Origin: an uncultured delta proteobacterium
GTDB taxonomy: Bacteria > Desulfobacterota > Syntrophobacteria > Syntrophobacterales > Syntrophobacteraceae
Direction: 5' to 3'
Length of the DNA: 64,000 bases
NCBI GenBank assembly: GCA_963808625.1
Contig: CAWEHK010000018.1
Coordinates: 96,001 to 160,000, forward strand
The position numbers were made by a program, and so were the translations under genes. This document shows, piece by piece, positions 34,327-44,244 of the stretch. Every line of letters begins with the position of its first letter. The stretch's first letter is position 1. Below the pieces are notes generated by a model. It ran no database searches and was not told where the DNA came from. It saw only the letters and a program-made list of their open reading frames with translations.

Positions 34327-35907
34327 TCAGAGCCTGACCTGCTGCACCGAGATGATGTTGGGGTGGTTTCGGAGAGCATCGAGTGCCTCGGGAGGGGCCT
34401 CTTCGTCCAGACGCACGATAGCAACCGCCCGGTCTCGCTGTGGCGTCCGCGCCAGGTGCATGTTCGCAATATTGGCCTGGAAGGCGCCGAGGGTTGTCCC
34501 GATGAAGCCGATCGTCCCCGGCTTATCGAGGTTTTGAATGATCAGGTTGACCCCTTCCAACTCGGCTTCCAGGCGGTAATCGTTCAGTCGAACAAGCCTT
34601 GTTTCATCTCCCGGGAACACGGTGCCGGCAGCGGAAGACTCGCCCTTCTTCCCCTTCACCCGAACCGTGATCAGGCCGGTGTATCCCTTGGTCGCTGACA
34701 AGCTGGAGGCAATAAGGTCAATCTGACGCTCTTTGAGGAGCAGCGGGGCATTTACCAGATTCACGTTCTCAGCCAGAATGGGATCCAAAAGTCCTTTAAT
34801 AACGGTGTGCGTCAGCGGCTGCAGGTTTACCTCCTGCAGGTCCGCGCCGCTGTATTCGATCTCCAGGCGCTGAATGGGAGTGAGCAGCTGTCCCTGCAGG
34901 CTGCCCAGCTTCTCGGCCAGGGTCAAGTAGGGGCGAATCTTTTCAAAGTCCTTGGCGCGCATGGAGGGGAAGTTCACGGCGTTGCGGATGACGCCCAGCT
35001 GCAGGTAATCCAGGATCTGGGAGGCGATGGCTTTGGCCACGTTGGCCTGAGCCTGGACGCTGGATGCCCCGAGATGCGGGGTGCAGATCACATTGGGCAG
35101 CGTCAGCAGGGGATTGCCTATGGGGGGCTCCTGCATGAACACATCCAGGGCTGCACCGCCGACCTGTCCCGCCAGAAGAGCTTCGTAAAGAGCTTGTTCG
35201 TCGACAAGGCCGCCTCGTGCGCAGTTGATGATCCGCACACCGGGTTTCATTTTCGGGATGGTGGTACGGTTGACAATCTGGCGGGTCTCATTGGTGATGG
35301 GCGTGTGCAAAGTTACGAAATCCGAGCGAACCAGAAGGTCATCCAGCGAAACCAGTTCCACGCCGTGGATGGCGGCCACTTCAGGGAGGACATAAGGATC
35401 GAAGCAAATGACGTCCATCTTCATTCCCAGGGCTCGATCCGCCACAATGGTCCCAATCCTCCCCAGACCGATAACCCCGAGGGTCTGCCCATAGAGCTCG
35501 GTACCCATGAAATCTTTCTTTTCCCATTGCCCGTTGTGCATGGACTGGTTAGCCTGCGGGACATGGCGGGCAAGGGCCAGCATGAGCGCCAGGGTATGTT
35601 CGGCGGCAGCCATGGCATTGGCGCCGGGAGTGTTCATAACCAGGACGCCGCGGGCGCTTGCGGATTTTACATCGATATTGTCAACGCCGGTACCGGCACG
35701 GCCGATAACCTTCATCCGGGGAGCATGCTCCAACAGCTCCGCCGTCACCCGGGTGCGGCTGCGAACGACCATGGCATCATATTCGTGCAACCTGGCCTTG
35801 ATCTCTTCCGCACTCAGCTGCTCATAGGCATCCACGGTGATGCTTTCGGCCGCCGCGAAAAGCTCCAGACCGCTCTCATGCAGTCCGTCACAAACAAGAA
35901 TCTTCAT
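34327..35907 (-). CDS. serA: D-3-phosphoglycerate dehydrogenase (with ASB/ACT domains)
   Basis: 'GRAGTGVDNID', 'GLGRIG', 'NCARGG', 'TPHLGAS', C-terminal 'DKPGTIG'. Confidence 0.95.
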   Translation of the reverse strand: MKILVCDGLHESGLELFAAAESITVDAYEQLSAEEIKARLHEYDAMVVRSRTRVTAELLEHAPRMKVIGRAGTGVDNIDVKSASARGVLVMNTPGANAMAAAEHTLALMLALARHVPQANQSMHNGQWEKKDFMGTELYGQTLGVIGLGRIGTIVADRALGMKMDVICFDPYVLPEVAAIHGVELVSLDDLLVRSDFVTLHTPITNETRQIVNRTTIPKMKPGVRIINCARGGLVDEQALYEALLAGQVGGAALDVFMQEPPIGNPLLTLPNVICTPHLGASSVQAQANVAKAIASQILDYLQLGVIRNAVNFPSMRAKDFEKIRPYLTLAEKLGSLQGQLLTPIQRLEIEYSGADLQEVNLQPLTHTVIKGLLDPILAENVNLVNAPLLLKERQIDLIASSLSATKGYTGLITVRVKGKKGESSAAGTVFPGDETRLVRLNDYRLEAELEGVNLIIQNLDKPGTIGFIGTTLGAFQANIANMHLARTPQRDRAVAIVRLDEEAPPEALDALRNHPNIISVQQVRL

Positions 35908-35956
35908 CTATTTGTCACCTTGGCACGACGCATTATCAAATCGTCGACAAACAACC

Positions 35957-36026
35957 TCACGCAGAGGCGCAAATACGCAGCTAAAACGAGCAAATTCTAT
36001 CTCTGCGCCTCCGCATCTCTGCGTGA
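35957..36026. repeat. Intergenic inverted repeat with 8-bp-period units
   Basis: TCACGCAGAG-GCGCAAATACGCAG ... CTCTGCGC-CTCCGCAT-CTCTGCGTGA. Confidence 0.7.
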
Positions 36027-36054
36027 ACCAATAGAAAATTCTCAAGCCATCAAG

Positions 36055-36768
36055 CTATCCGCCCAAATAGGCTTCCTTGACCTGAGGGTTGCGGGCAATT
36101 TCCTCGGCTGGCCCGGAGAGGACGATTTGGCCGGTTTCCAGTACGTAAGCACGGGACGCATACTGGAGGGCCATGTGGGCATTCTGTTCGACCAGCAGGA
36201 TGGTGATCCCCTCATTTCGGTTCAACTGCAGAATCACATCGAAGATCAGCTCCACCAGGACCGGCGCCAGCCCCATGGAGGGTTCATCCATGAGCAGAAT
36301 CTTGGGTCTGAGCATCAGGCCCCGAGCGGTGGCCAACATCTGCTGTTCTCCACCGGAAAGCGTGCCGCCCTTTTGGGTGAGCCGCTCCTTCAGGCGTGGA
36401 AACAGTTCGAAAACGGCCTCCATGCGTCGTTGGACTTCACTGCGGGAATGGATTGGAAAGGCGCCGATCTCCAGGTTCTCCCTCACCGTCAGCCGGGGAA
36501 AGACACCACGGCCTTCCGGCACATGACCCACACCGGTCAACACGATCTCATGGGGTGGCAAGTTGGAGATATCCTGACCGGCAAAAAACACTCTGCCTTG
36601 ACGGGCGCGCACCAGGCCCGAGATCGTGCGAAGAGTGGTGCTCTTGCCGGCGCCGTTGGCTCCGATCAAGGTGACGATCTCCCCCTCCTCGACCGAGAGT
36701 GAAATGCCCTTCAGAGCGTGGATCTTGCCGTAGAAGGTGTGGATGTCTTCGAGCTTCAGAAGCGACAC
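36055..36768 (-). CDS. livF: Branched-chain amino acid ABC transporter ATPase
   Basis: GANGAGKST, 'VPEGRGVF', LSGGEQQM, DEPSMGLAP; GTG start. Confidence 0.92.
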   Translation of the reverse strand: MSLLKLEDIHTFYGKIHALKGISLSVEEGEIVTLIGANGAGKSTTLRTISGLVRARQGRVFFAGQDISNLPPHEIVLTGVGHVPEGRGVFPRLTVRENLEIGAFPIHSRSEVQRRMEAVFELFPRLKERLTQKGGTLSGGEQQMLATARGLMLRPKILLMDEPSMGLAPVLVELIFDVILQLNRNEGITILLVEQNAHMALQYASRAYVLETGQIVLSGPAEEIARNPQVKEAYLGG

Positions 36769-36772
36769 GAGT

Positions 36773-37567
36773 TCACCCCACCACGATGTTTTCGGTCGCC
36801 GCGCCACGCCCCAGATAGGCCTCGATGACACGGGAATTGGAGCGAATCTCAGCCGGCAAACCCTCGGCAATCTTCTGGCCGTAATCCATCACCGTGATCC
36901 GATCGGAAATCGTCATCACCACCCTCATGTCGTGTTCGATGAGCAGGATGGTGATTCCGAGTTCATCGCGCAATCGCTGGAACAGGAGCATGGCTTCGCG
37001 CGATTCATTGGGGTTCATGCCCGCGGTGGGTTCGTCCAATAGGAGCAGCTTTGGTTCCGAGGCCAAAGCACGCGCGATTTCGATTCGCCGCTGGGCACCG
37101 TAGGGGAGGTTGCTGGCGAGTTCGTCGGCGCACCCTTGCAAACCGACATAGTCTATCATTTGGTGAGCTTTGGTCAGTGCCCGGTCTTCTTCCGTTAGGA
37201 AGGCTCTGGTGCGCAACAGAGCGCCCAGCATGGTCTGTCCCAACCGCTGGTGCATGCCCACCCGTATGTTTTCACTGACCGTCATGCCCCCGAACAAGCG
37301 AATGTTTTGAAACGTACGCGCGATGGCACGGGCGTTGATCTGGTCCGGTCGCAACCCCAACAGTGAATTGCCCTCGAAGAGGATGCGCCCATCGTCCGGT
37401 TGGTAGATCCCCGTCAGTGTATTGAAAAAAGTGGTCTTTCCGGCACCATTGGGACCGATGATGCTGTAGATGGCTCCCTCTTCGATGGCAAAGTCCACCT
37501 CTGCGACTGCAACCAGACCGCCAAAGCGTTTGGTAACACCAATGGTCTCAAGCAGGGGCATCTGCAT
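36773..37567 (-). CDS. livG: Branched-chain amino acid ABC transporter ATPase
   Basis: GPNGAGKTT, 'RTFQNIRLF', 'LPYGAQR', DEPTAGMN. Confidence 0.92.
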   Translation of the reverse strand: MQMPLLETIGVTKRFGGLVAVAEVDFAIEEGAIYSIIGPNGAGKTTFFNTLTGIYQPDDGRILFEGNSLLGLRPDQINARAIARTFQNIRLFGGMTVSENIRVGMHQRLGQTMLGALLRTRAFLTEEDRALTKAHQMIDYVGLQGCADELASNLPYGAQRRIEIARALASEPKLLLLDEPTAGMNPNESREAMLLFQRLRDELGITILLIEHDMRVVMTISDRITVMDYGQKIAEGLPAEIRSNSRVIEAYLGRGAATENIVVG

Positions 37568-38969
37568 CCTCCGGCGGCTCGGGGGGGGCTTCCGAGCGAC
37601 TGCCGCTATTCTCGGGGTCGTGAGTGCTCAATTCCCGCTTGCGTCGTTCGGCCGGGATCAGGCCGGCCGGCCGGTAGATCATCATGAGCACCAGTATGAT
37701 CCCAAAAAGCATGCGCTGGTACTTGGCCGGGTCGAGCTGGGTGGAGAGGTTTTTCCAGGCGAAGTTGATGATAGGAATCACCGCGTCACTTTGGCGCAGC
37801 TGGCTCAAGTATAACGAAAGGCCCATCAGCACCTGGAGATTGAGGATGATGACTACGGTTGCTCCCAGGATCACCCCGGGAATGCTTCCGAGTCCTCCCA
37901 GGATCACCATGGAAAGCACACCGATGGACTGCATGAACGAAAAGGATTCGGGACTGACAAAGGTGCGGCTGGCGGCGAACAACACCCCCATCACTCCGGC
38001 AAAGGAGGCCCCCGCGGCAAAAGCCATAAGCTTCATCCGCACCAGCGGAACCCCCATGGCAACGGCCGCCACTTCATCCTCGCGGATGGCAGTCCAGGCC
38101 CTGCCGATCTTCGAGTCGTCCAGCCGCATGGCCACGACAATCGCCACCACCACCACGAAGAGCGCCGCCAGGTAGAAAAAGAGGTTGTAGAAATCTCCTT
38201 CACTGATTGGGTGCTGCACCAGGGGATCGAGAATGGCCGAAAGCGCGTTGCGCAGCGGTTCCGGCAGCGATGGGCGCTGGATGGGGGTGATTCCCTGAGG
38301 GCCGTTGGTGAAATTGAGGGGTTTATCCAGGTTGTTGGCCAGAACCCGAATGACTTCGCCAAAGCCCAGCGTGACGATGGCCAGGTAGTCGCCCCGCAAC
38401 CGCAGCACCGGCAGGCCCAGAAGGATTCCGGTAAACGCCGCGACGATGACGGCCAGGAAAGCGAACAGGTAGAACATGTCCGCCGGCAGAAAGAAGGGAG
38501 TACCGGGAGGTGCCGTGCCGGGTATGTAGTGCAGCAGGTAGGGTTGCTGAGATCCAAAAAAAGCCCACAAATAGGCGCCGACCGCGTAGAAAGCCACATA
38601 GCCCAGATCAAGCAGGCCGGCAAAGCCGACGACGATGTTGAGTCCCAGGGCCAGAGCGGTGAAGACGCTGATCTGGAAGATCACTTCCAGATAGAAAATA
38701 TTGCGGATGCCGACGATGGGGACCAGAACAAGCAGGGCAAAACCAGCCAGCGCCAGTTTGAATCGTGAGTCCATTTTCAAGTAGTAGACCACCAGGGCTG
38801 TGGACAGAAAAAAGATGAAGGCGATCAAGCTGCGTGGACTGAAAAACACCGAGGCGGTTCCCAGGGCCAGGTAGACGCATGTGAAGGCGTATGGTCGTTT
38901 GCCCTGCTGAAGCCAATGCTCACATTGGCGGGCAGCACCGGAAAGCAAGGATTTGATCGTGGCTATCAT
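37548..38969 (-). CDS. livM: Branched-chain amino acid ABC permease
   Basis: 'LGLNIVVGFAGLLDLGY', 'LRGDYLAIVTLGFGE', 'AIREDE'. Confidence 0.9.
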   Translation of the reverse strand: MIATIKSLLSGAARQCEHWLQQGKRPYAFTCVYLALGTASVFFSPRSLIAFIFFLSTALVVYYLKMDSRFKLALAGFALLVLVPIVGIRNIFYLEVIFQISVFTALALGLNIVVGFAGLLDLGYVAFYAVGAYLWAFFGSQQPYLLHYIPGTAPPGTPFFLPADMFYLFAFLAVIVAAFTGILLGLPVLRLRGDYLAIVTLGFGEVIRVLANNLDKPLNFTNGPQGITPIQRPSLPEPLRNALSAILDPLVQHPISEGDFYNLFFYLAALFVVVVAIVVAMRLDDSKIGRAWTAIREDEVAAVAMGVPLVRMKLMAFAAGASFAGVMGVLFAASRTFVSPESFSFMQSIGVLSMVILGGLGSIPGVILGATVVIILNLQVLMGLSLYLSQLRQSDAVIPIINFAWKNLSTQLDPAKYQRMLFGIILVLMMIYRPAGLIPAERRKRELSTHDPENSGSRSEAPPEPPEDADAPA

Positions 38970-38975
38970 ATGCGC

Positions 38976-40178
38976 CTACGCCTTTTGTTCGACTTGTTCG
39001 CCAAGCAGTCCTGCAGGTCTGAAAATCAGGACCACAATCAGGATTCCGAAGGCCAAAATATCTTTGTATTCGGCCCCGAATGCGCCCATGGTGAAAACGG
39101 AAAGATAAGATCCGGCAAAGGTCTCCAGCAAACCCAGCACAATCCCCCCGAGCAGGGCGCCGGTGAGGTTGCCGATTCCCCCCAGAACGGCGGCGGCAAA
39201 GGCCTTCAAACCAGGGAAGAAACCCACAAAAGGATCGATCCGGGTAAACTTCAGCGCGTATAGCACCCCGGCGGCGCCTCCGAGCGCACCTCCGACGAGG
39301 AAGGTCAGGGAAATATAGCGATTCACATTGATCCCCATAAGGCTTGCCGTGGGTCGATCCTGAGCCACGGCCCGGATGGCCATCCCCATTTTGGTGGCGT
39401 TCACCAGATAATTCAAGAGCATCAGCATCATGACAGCGGCCACGATGACGACGATGGACTTGTATTGCATGTTGAGACTCATGGTGGTGGCGCCGATGGA
39501 AAACTGGCCGATGGATAACCGCTGGTCGAAATTACCGAAGGTGGGGAAGATTCGATGAAACTGGCCCGTGGTGAGGCTTTCCACCAAACGGATGGCGTCC
39601 TGGAGGAAAAAGGAAACGCCGATAGCCGATATAAGAGGGACGAGACGTGGTGCCCCCCGTAAGGGACGATAGGCCGTCATTTCCATCAAAGTAGCCGTGG
39701 CACCGGCAAAGACCATCGCAACCACAATGGCGAGGGCCAACCAGGCATAGGCTCCCCAGAGGGGAATGGAACTCAGCTGTCCCACCCCGGCGAGGGCGAT
39801 GAGCAGTTCGACGCCAACAAAGGCCCCAATGGCGAAAATCTCGCTATGGGCAAAATTAATGAACTCGAGCACGCCGTACACCATGGTGTAGCCCAAGGCG
39901 ATGGCGGCATAGACAAAGCCCAGGGTGACGCCGTCTATAAGGACCTGAGGCAGGTTCTGCAGGGTATAGACGAAAATGTCAACCTTGTAGTGGCTCAGGG
40001 TGAGCTGGTTGACGGCGGTTCCACGAAGCAGAAAGGCCAGGAGCAGGATCAAGATCGAGAGGACCACACTGCTCGCGGTGACAAAAACGGCAATCTGCCC
40101 CAGTGGGCGAAGCAACTCACGTAAAGCGGCAGATTCGTAAAACCGTCGCATCGGAACTCCGGAAGCCGAATCGGGCAC
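38976..40178 (-). CDS. livH: Branched-chain amino acid ABC permease
   Basis: 'ALGYTMVYG', 'INFAH', 'AIRAVAQD', 'AAVLGGIG'. Confidence 0.9.
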   Translation of the reverse strand: MPDSASGVPMRRFYESAALRELLRPLGQIAVFVTASSVVLSILILLLAFLLRGTAVNQLTLSHYKVDIFVYTLQNLPQVLIDGVTLGFVYAAIALGYTMVYGVLEFINFAHSEIFAIGAFVGVELLIALAGVGQLSSIPLWGAYAWLALAIVVAMVFAGATATLMEMTAYRPLRGAPRLVPLISAIGVSFFLQDAIRLVESLTTGQFHRIFPTFGNFDQRLSIGQFSIGATTMSLNMQYKSIVVIVAAVMMLMLLNYLVNATKMGMAIRAVAQDRPTASLMGINVNRYISLTFLVGGALGGAAGVLYALKFTRIDPFVGFFPGLKAFAAAVLGGIGNLTGALLGGIVLGLLETFAGSYLSVFTMGAFGAEYKDILAFGILIVVLIFRPAGLLGEQVEQKA

Positions 40179-40242
40179 AGGGGGTTATCAGCGGCGCAGT
40201 GGACGCGGCGCAGCATCACTACCGTAAGCCGATGGGCAAGAT

Positions 40243-40278
40243 GAAAAGAACTGACCCTCTCCGATGGGAGAGGGTCAG
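40243..40278 (-). terminator. Hairpin/partial terminator after livK
   Basis: 12-bp stem CTGACCCTCTCC-GATG-GGAGAGGGTCAG followed on the minus strand by TTCTTTT. Confidence 0.7.
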
Positions 40279-40293
40279 GCTAGACCTTAACCG

Positions 40294-41475
40294 TTACATG
40301 GGTGGGGCGATATCCAGAGTTTTGTCGATTTTGTTGTCATTCCACTTGGCTGGATCCGCCGAGGTGACCTGAATAACAAAATACTTGGCCACGGTCATGT
40401 CACCCTTGGTATTGAAATTGATGGTACCGGTGATGCCGGGGAAATCCTTGACCGCCCGGACTGCTTCAGCCACAGCCTTGCGGGTGGGCATCTTGCCGTC
40501 GGCTTTGGCGGCGTTCTCGACCCCTTTCAGGCAGAGGGCCATCGAATCGAAGCCCTGGGCTGCAAAGGGCTTGGGATCAGCGCCGTACTTGGCCTTGAAA
40601 TCAGTCTGGAATTTGGCGGTACCGGGATAGAGCTTTGCTGGTCCGGCCACGGTGGCATAGTAAAGGCCGCCGCCATCGAGGAGGGCCGGTCCGCCGATAT
40701 TGATGGCCTCGGGGGAGTCAAAGCCGTCATCGCTGATGAACATGCCCTTGTAACCCTTTTCGCGCGCTTGTTTGAAGAACACCGCAGCCTGATCATAAAT
40801 GCCTCCGAAAAAGATCACGTCGGGGTTGGCGGCGATGACCGGAGCCAGGATGGCATCAAAATTGGCCTTCTCCTCGGTGCCCTCAAAACCCGGAACGGTC
40901 ATGCCCAGCTTCTCGGCTTCCTTCTTGAAGAAGGTGGCGATGCCCTGTCCATAGGCGGTTTTGTCATGCAACACATAGGCGCTCTTCATCCCCTTGGAAT
41001 TGGCGAACTGAGCGGCAACCACCCCCTGAACGTCATCGCGGCCCACAATGCGGCTGACTTCAAGGTAACCGCGATCGGTGACTTTGGGGTTGGTGTTGGC
41101 AGGGGAAACATTGGCAAGGTTGGCGGCATGGTAGTTTTCCGACGAGGGGATCTGCACGCCCGAGTTGTAATGGCCGACAACACAAAGGATGGAGGGGTCG
41201 GCCACAATGTTCTTGGAGTTGGCAACACCGTTGTCCGGGTTGGCCTGATCATCGTAGGGTGCCAGTTCGATCTTGAATCCCATGGCTTCAATGGGCGCTT
41301 TCATCTGCTCCAAGGCCAGCTCCGCACCATTCTTTATGTCCACCCCGATGGCGGACTGCCCTCCGGATAAGGGGGACTGGGTTGCAATCTTGATCGTGCC
41401 CTTGTCCCCACTGGCTGCCAGCAGCGGGCTGGCCATAAGGAGTACCAGAAAAACCGTGAAAAACCTTTTTCCCAT
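40294..41475 (-). CDS. livK: Branched-chain amino acid ABC substrate-binding protein
   Basis: Signal peptide MGKRFF...; 'DDQANP', 'VVGHYNSG', 'HDKTAYGQG'. Confidence 0.88.
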   Translation of the reverse strand: MGKRFFTVFLVLLMASPLLAASGDKGTIKIATQSPLSGGQSAIGVDIKNGAELALEQMKAPIEAMGFKIELAPYDDQANPDNGVANSKNIVADPSILCVVGHYNSGVQIPSSENYHAANLANVSPANTNPKVTDRGYLEVSRIVGRDDVQGVVAAQFANSKGMKSAYVLHDKTAYGQGIATFFKKEAEKLGMTVPGFEGTEEKANFDAILAPVIAANPDVIFFGGIYDQAAVFFKQAREKGYKGMFISDDGFDSPEAINIGGPALLDGGGLYYATVAGPAKLYPGTAKFQTDFKAKYGADPKPFAAQGFDSMALCLKGVENAAKADGKMPTRKAVAEAVRAVKDFPGITGTINFNTKGDMTVAKYFVIQVTSADPAKWNDNKIDKTLDIAPPM

Positions 41476-41621
41476 GCTGTTTCTCCTTCCCTGATTGATG
41501 GTGTAAAAAATTTGGAATCTCTCACGATGGCAAACTTGGGCCATCGCACGCCCGAATGGATAAGTGAGATTTTGTACACGATTCGTTTGGAATAATCAAG
41601 CCGCGGAGTTGTTCTTGCACG

Positions 41622-41850
41622 GTGAAGCTGTTCAGCGAGCATATGCGATCTTTGCCTCAATTTTTCCGCAATATCCCCGACCCCCCGCCGTGTGCAAGGA
41701 CAGCCGCCACAGGCTTCCAACCGTGCTCGCGATTGCCGCCGGCGCGGTTTTGCGCGGGATGTGAGGCTATGATGTGCAACGCCATCGATGAGCAAGGATA
41801 TCAAACCCACATCATGAGTACCATCGGCCATCAGACCAAGAATTGGGATA
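41622..41850 (+). pseudogene. ISAs1-like transposase remnant
   Basis: Across frames: LPQFFRNIPDPRRVQGQRHRLPTVLAIAAGAVLRGM*GY, then MCNAIDEQGYQTHIMS; has frameshifts, an in-frame stop (41762-41764) and an apparent internal deletion. Confidence 0.65.
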
Positions 41851-42219
41851 CTGAAATCCAAAGCTACATCCACCGTCGCACAGAACGGCAACTCACACCC
41901 AACGTCCGCTTGGTTTTCGATTACTTGCGAATGACCAGAGACTCGCACCCCATGCAAACCCTTGAACGAGAAAAAATTTACCGTGGCTTTGAGCCGAAAA
42001 CATCGTTGCCTGCATGAGGCATACGCTCATCTACGAATGGGAAATTGATTTTTTTCAATGCATTTTTTGTGGTATTGTATTCGGATAGCGGTTGAGTGAG
42101 GCAGGCCACCGTCGGTCGTCTTGCGCAGCGTCTGGGCAGTGGACATTCATTTTGCGTGTTCGAGGGATCATGAACGAGTCAAGGAAATAGGTTTCGAAGA
42201 GAGGAGAAAAGGAGACGAG

Positions 42220-42780
42220 ATGTTCAAAAAAGCTTCGAGCAAGGTTGATGTTGATAAAGTTAAAGCAGCCGAGAAGAGCTTTCTTCATGGCCTCAAGATC
42301 TTTGAGATCATTTTCGTTGTCCTCATGGTGCTTGCAATCATTGGCGTTGGGATCACGGATTTCTCACCGGCCCGCAGCTATTGGTATTGGCTTGCCATGG
42401 CTCCCGTTTTTGCCTGCGCCTGCCTCATCATTGAATGGACCCGTGTGCGCAGTGAAGGAAGGAGTTGGTTGAGCATCCTCCGGACTCAGTTGCTCACCTG
42501 GTTTGGCCTGCTGGTTGCCGTCCAACTGGTGTACTTGCTTCTGCGCGCGGGACGTTTGACCTACGAGAGCACTGGCCTGATAATCCTTCTGCTGCTGGCG
42601 CTGACGACGTTTATCGTGGGGATCCAACTCGGCTTCGAGCTATGCGTGCTGGGGGCTTTCCTTGGGCTCACCCTTTTGTTTGTTGCTTTCCTGGAACAAT
42701 ACGTCTGGGTGATCGCGTTTGTGGCGATGCTCGGGGTAATCGCCACTTTCTTTGTGCTCAAACGAAGACGCAGTCAGTGA
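42220..42780 (+). CDS. Hypothetical multi-pass membrane protein
   Basis: 186 aa, about 6 TM segments, RBS AAGGAG. Confidence 0.75.
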   Translation: MFKKASSKVDVDKVKAAEKSFLHGLKIFEIIFVVLMVLAIIGVGITDFSPARSYWYWLAMAPVFACACLIIEWTRVRSEGRSWLSILRTQLLTWFGLLVAVQLVYLLLRAGRLTYESTGLIILLLLALTTFIVGIQLGFELCVLGAFLGLTLLFVAFLEQYVWVIAFVAMLGVIATFFVLKRRRSQ

Positions 42781-42943
42781 AAGCGGGAGCCGCTGCACAT
42801 TTCAGATACGAACCTTAGCGGGAAGATTACTCGACGTGCCGTTTTGAGCGGCCTTGACGAGCCTTGACGCGCGTGGATAGCGACGGTTCGCGACAGCCGA
42901 GGCAGGCTGCTCCAGCACACTCCGGCAGAGGGAGAGCACAACC

Positions 42944-43145
42944 ATGCACAATGACGAATCGAGGAGAAAAGGCTGCACCAGAACTGGCGGACATGGTTGG
43001 TCGTCGGCTTGATGCTGATGGCGATAGGCATGTACGTCTTACTTTGGACGATTCGATCGTTCCGGTCAGCCCAAGCGGAAGCAATGCCCGGGTATCGACC
43101 GCACTCCGAAACCATAACGCAGAGGGCTCCGGCCGGCTCCCTTGA
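42944..43145 (+). CDS. Possible small single-TM protein split by indels
   Basis: RBS GGGAGAG + ATG 42944; pieces 'LHQNWRTWLVVGLMLMAIGMYVL' and 'TLDDSIVP' lie in different frames. Confidence 0.3.
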
Positions 43146-43480
43146 AATCGCCATGGCGCCTCGGACAGGCAACAGGATTAACCCTCAAGGTCTCAGGGTG
43201 AATCGCTGGTTTAGGGTTCTGCCACAGCCCTTTGACGATGATGCTGTGACAGACCTCGGTTTTGGTTATTCTTGGCCGGACGAGATGCGATGAGTCTCAG
43301 GATTCCCCTTGCAATTGCATTATTTGCGGCTATAATTTTATTAAGTTTCAAAGAAATATACGGTTCGGTATTTTCGAGTTATCACGGGAATCGGTCTTTC
43401 GCCTTCTCAGAACGGTTCTGGAGTGGCTCCGAAGTAACGGGCCCTTTTCGTGACCCTTGTACAAGGAAAGGATTGTATTC

Positions 43481-43681
43481 ATGGCGGAAGGTCGAGTGAA
43501 GTGGTTCGATCACAAGAAGGGCTATGGGTTCATCACGGCGGACACCGGAAAGGAACTCTTTGTTCATCACAGTGCCATCGAGGGGCAAGGCTTCAAGAGC
43601 CTGGAAGAGGGTGAACGGGTGAGTTTCGACGAAGAGCGGGGAGCAAAGGGACCTCAGGCCGTAAGGGTGAAAAAGCTTTAG
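43481..43681 (+). CDS. Cold-shock domain protein
   Basis: '[15 protein letters not shown]', 'LFVHHSAI', 'KGPQA'. Confidence 0.95.
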   Translation: MAEGRVKWFDHKKGYGFITADTGKELFVHHSAIEGQGFKSLEEGERVSFDEERGAKGPQAVRVKKL

Positions 43682-43723
43682 TGGCTTGTTGAAATACTCC
43701 GATAATCTTACGATGGACAACAG

Positions 43724-43749
43724 GCCGGAGTAAAGCTCCGGCTTTTTTT
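43724..43749 (+). terminator. Rho-independent terminator
   Basis: GCCGGAG-TAAAG-CTCCGGC followed by T7. Confidence 0.85.
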
Positions 43750-43823
43750 AGTTTTGCCTGACAGATCGCGCTACGCTGAATGCGGTTTCCCGTGGACGCA
43801 TCCGAAGGCTTCTGGAGTTTATA

Positions 43824-44090
43824 ATGCAGGCTACTAAGCTATATGTTGGAAACCTTGTTTTTTCCCTAACCAATAAGGACCTGGAGGATCTTTTCTCCCA
43901 ATACGGAACCGTGAAGGAAGCCAAGATAATTCAGGGCAAGGGTTTTGCGTTTGTGGAAATGTCCAGCCAATTGGAAGCCGAAAGGGCCAAGGCGGCCCTG
44001 GACAACTTTGAATTTAAGGGGCTCAATCTGAAAGTCCAGTCCGCCAAGCCCCCCAAGAAACAGTCATCGCGAAGAGGTTTCAGAAGATAG
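43824..44090 (+). CDS. RRM (RNP-1) RNA-binding protein
   Basis: 'KLYVGNL' (RNP2), 'KGFAFVEM' (RNP1), basic tail. Confidence 0.92.
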   Translation: MQATKLYVGNLVFSLTNKDLEDLFSQYGTVKEAKIIQGKGFAFVEMSSQLEAERAKAALDNFEFKGLNLKVQSAKPPKKQSSRRGFRR

Positions 44091-44244
44091 CCGCAGGCTT
44101 CTCCAGGCCAGGCGTCGATAAAGCCCCTGCAAACGACTGCTGCAAGGCTGTCGTTTCCCGATGGAGCAAGGCCGCGACAAGCGGATCCGGCAAGGGGCCT
44201 TGATCCAGAACAGACAACGCAACGATTGATCCGGAGCTAAGATT

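Noticed and set aside
34807..36702. Long antisense ORFs (also 15145-16419, 8930-9946, 53848-54942, 23154-24158)
   Set aside because: Opposite-strand shadows of well-supported genes in GC-rich DNA, with no recognisable motifs.
41762..41764. In-frame TGA in the ISAs1-like fragment as possible Sec
   Set aside because: It lies in a frameshifted, deleted transposase remnant, is probably CGA>TGA, and has no Cys-type context.
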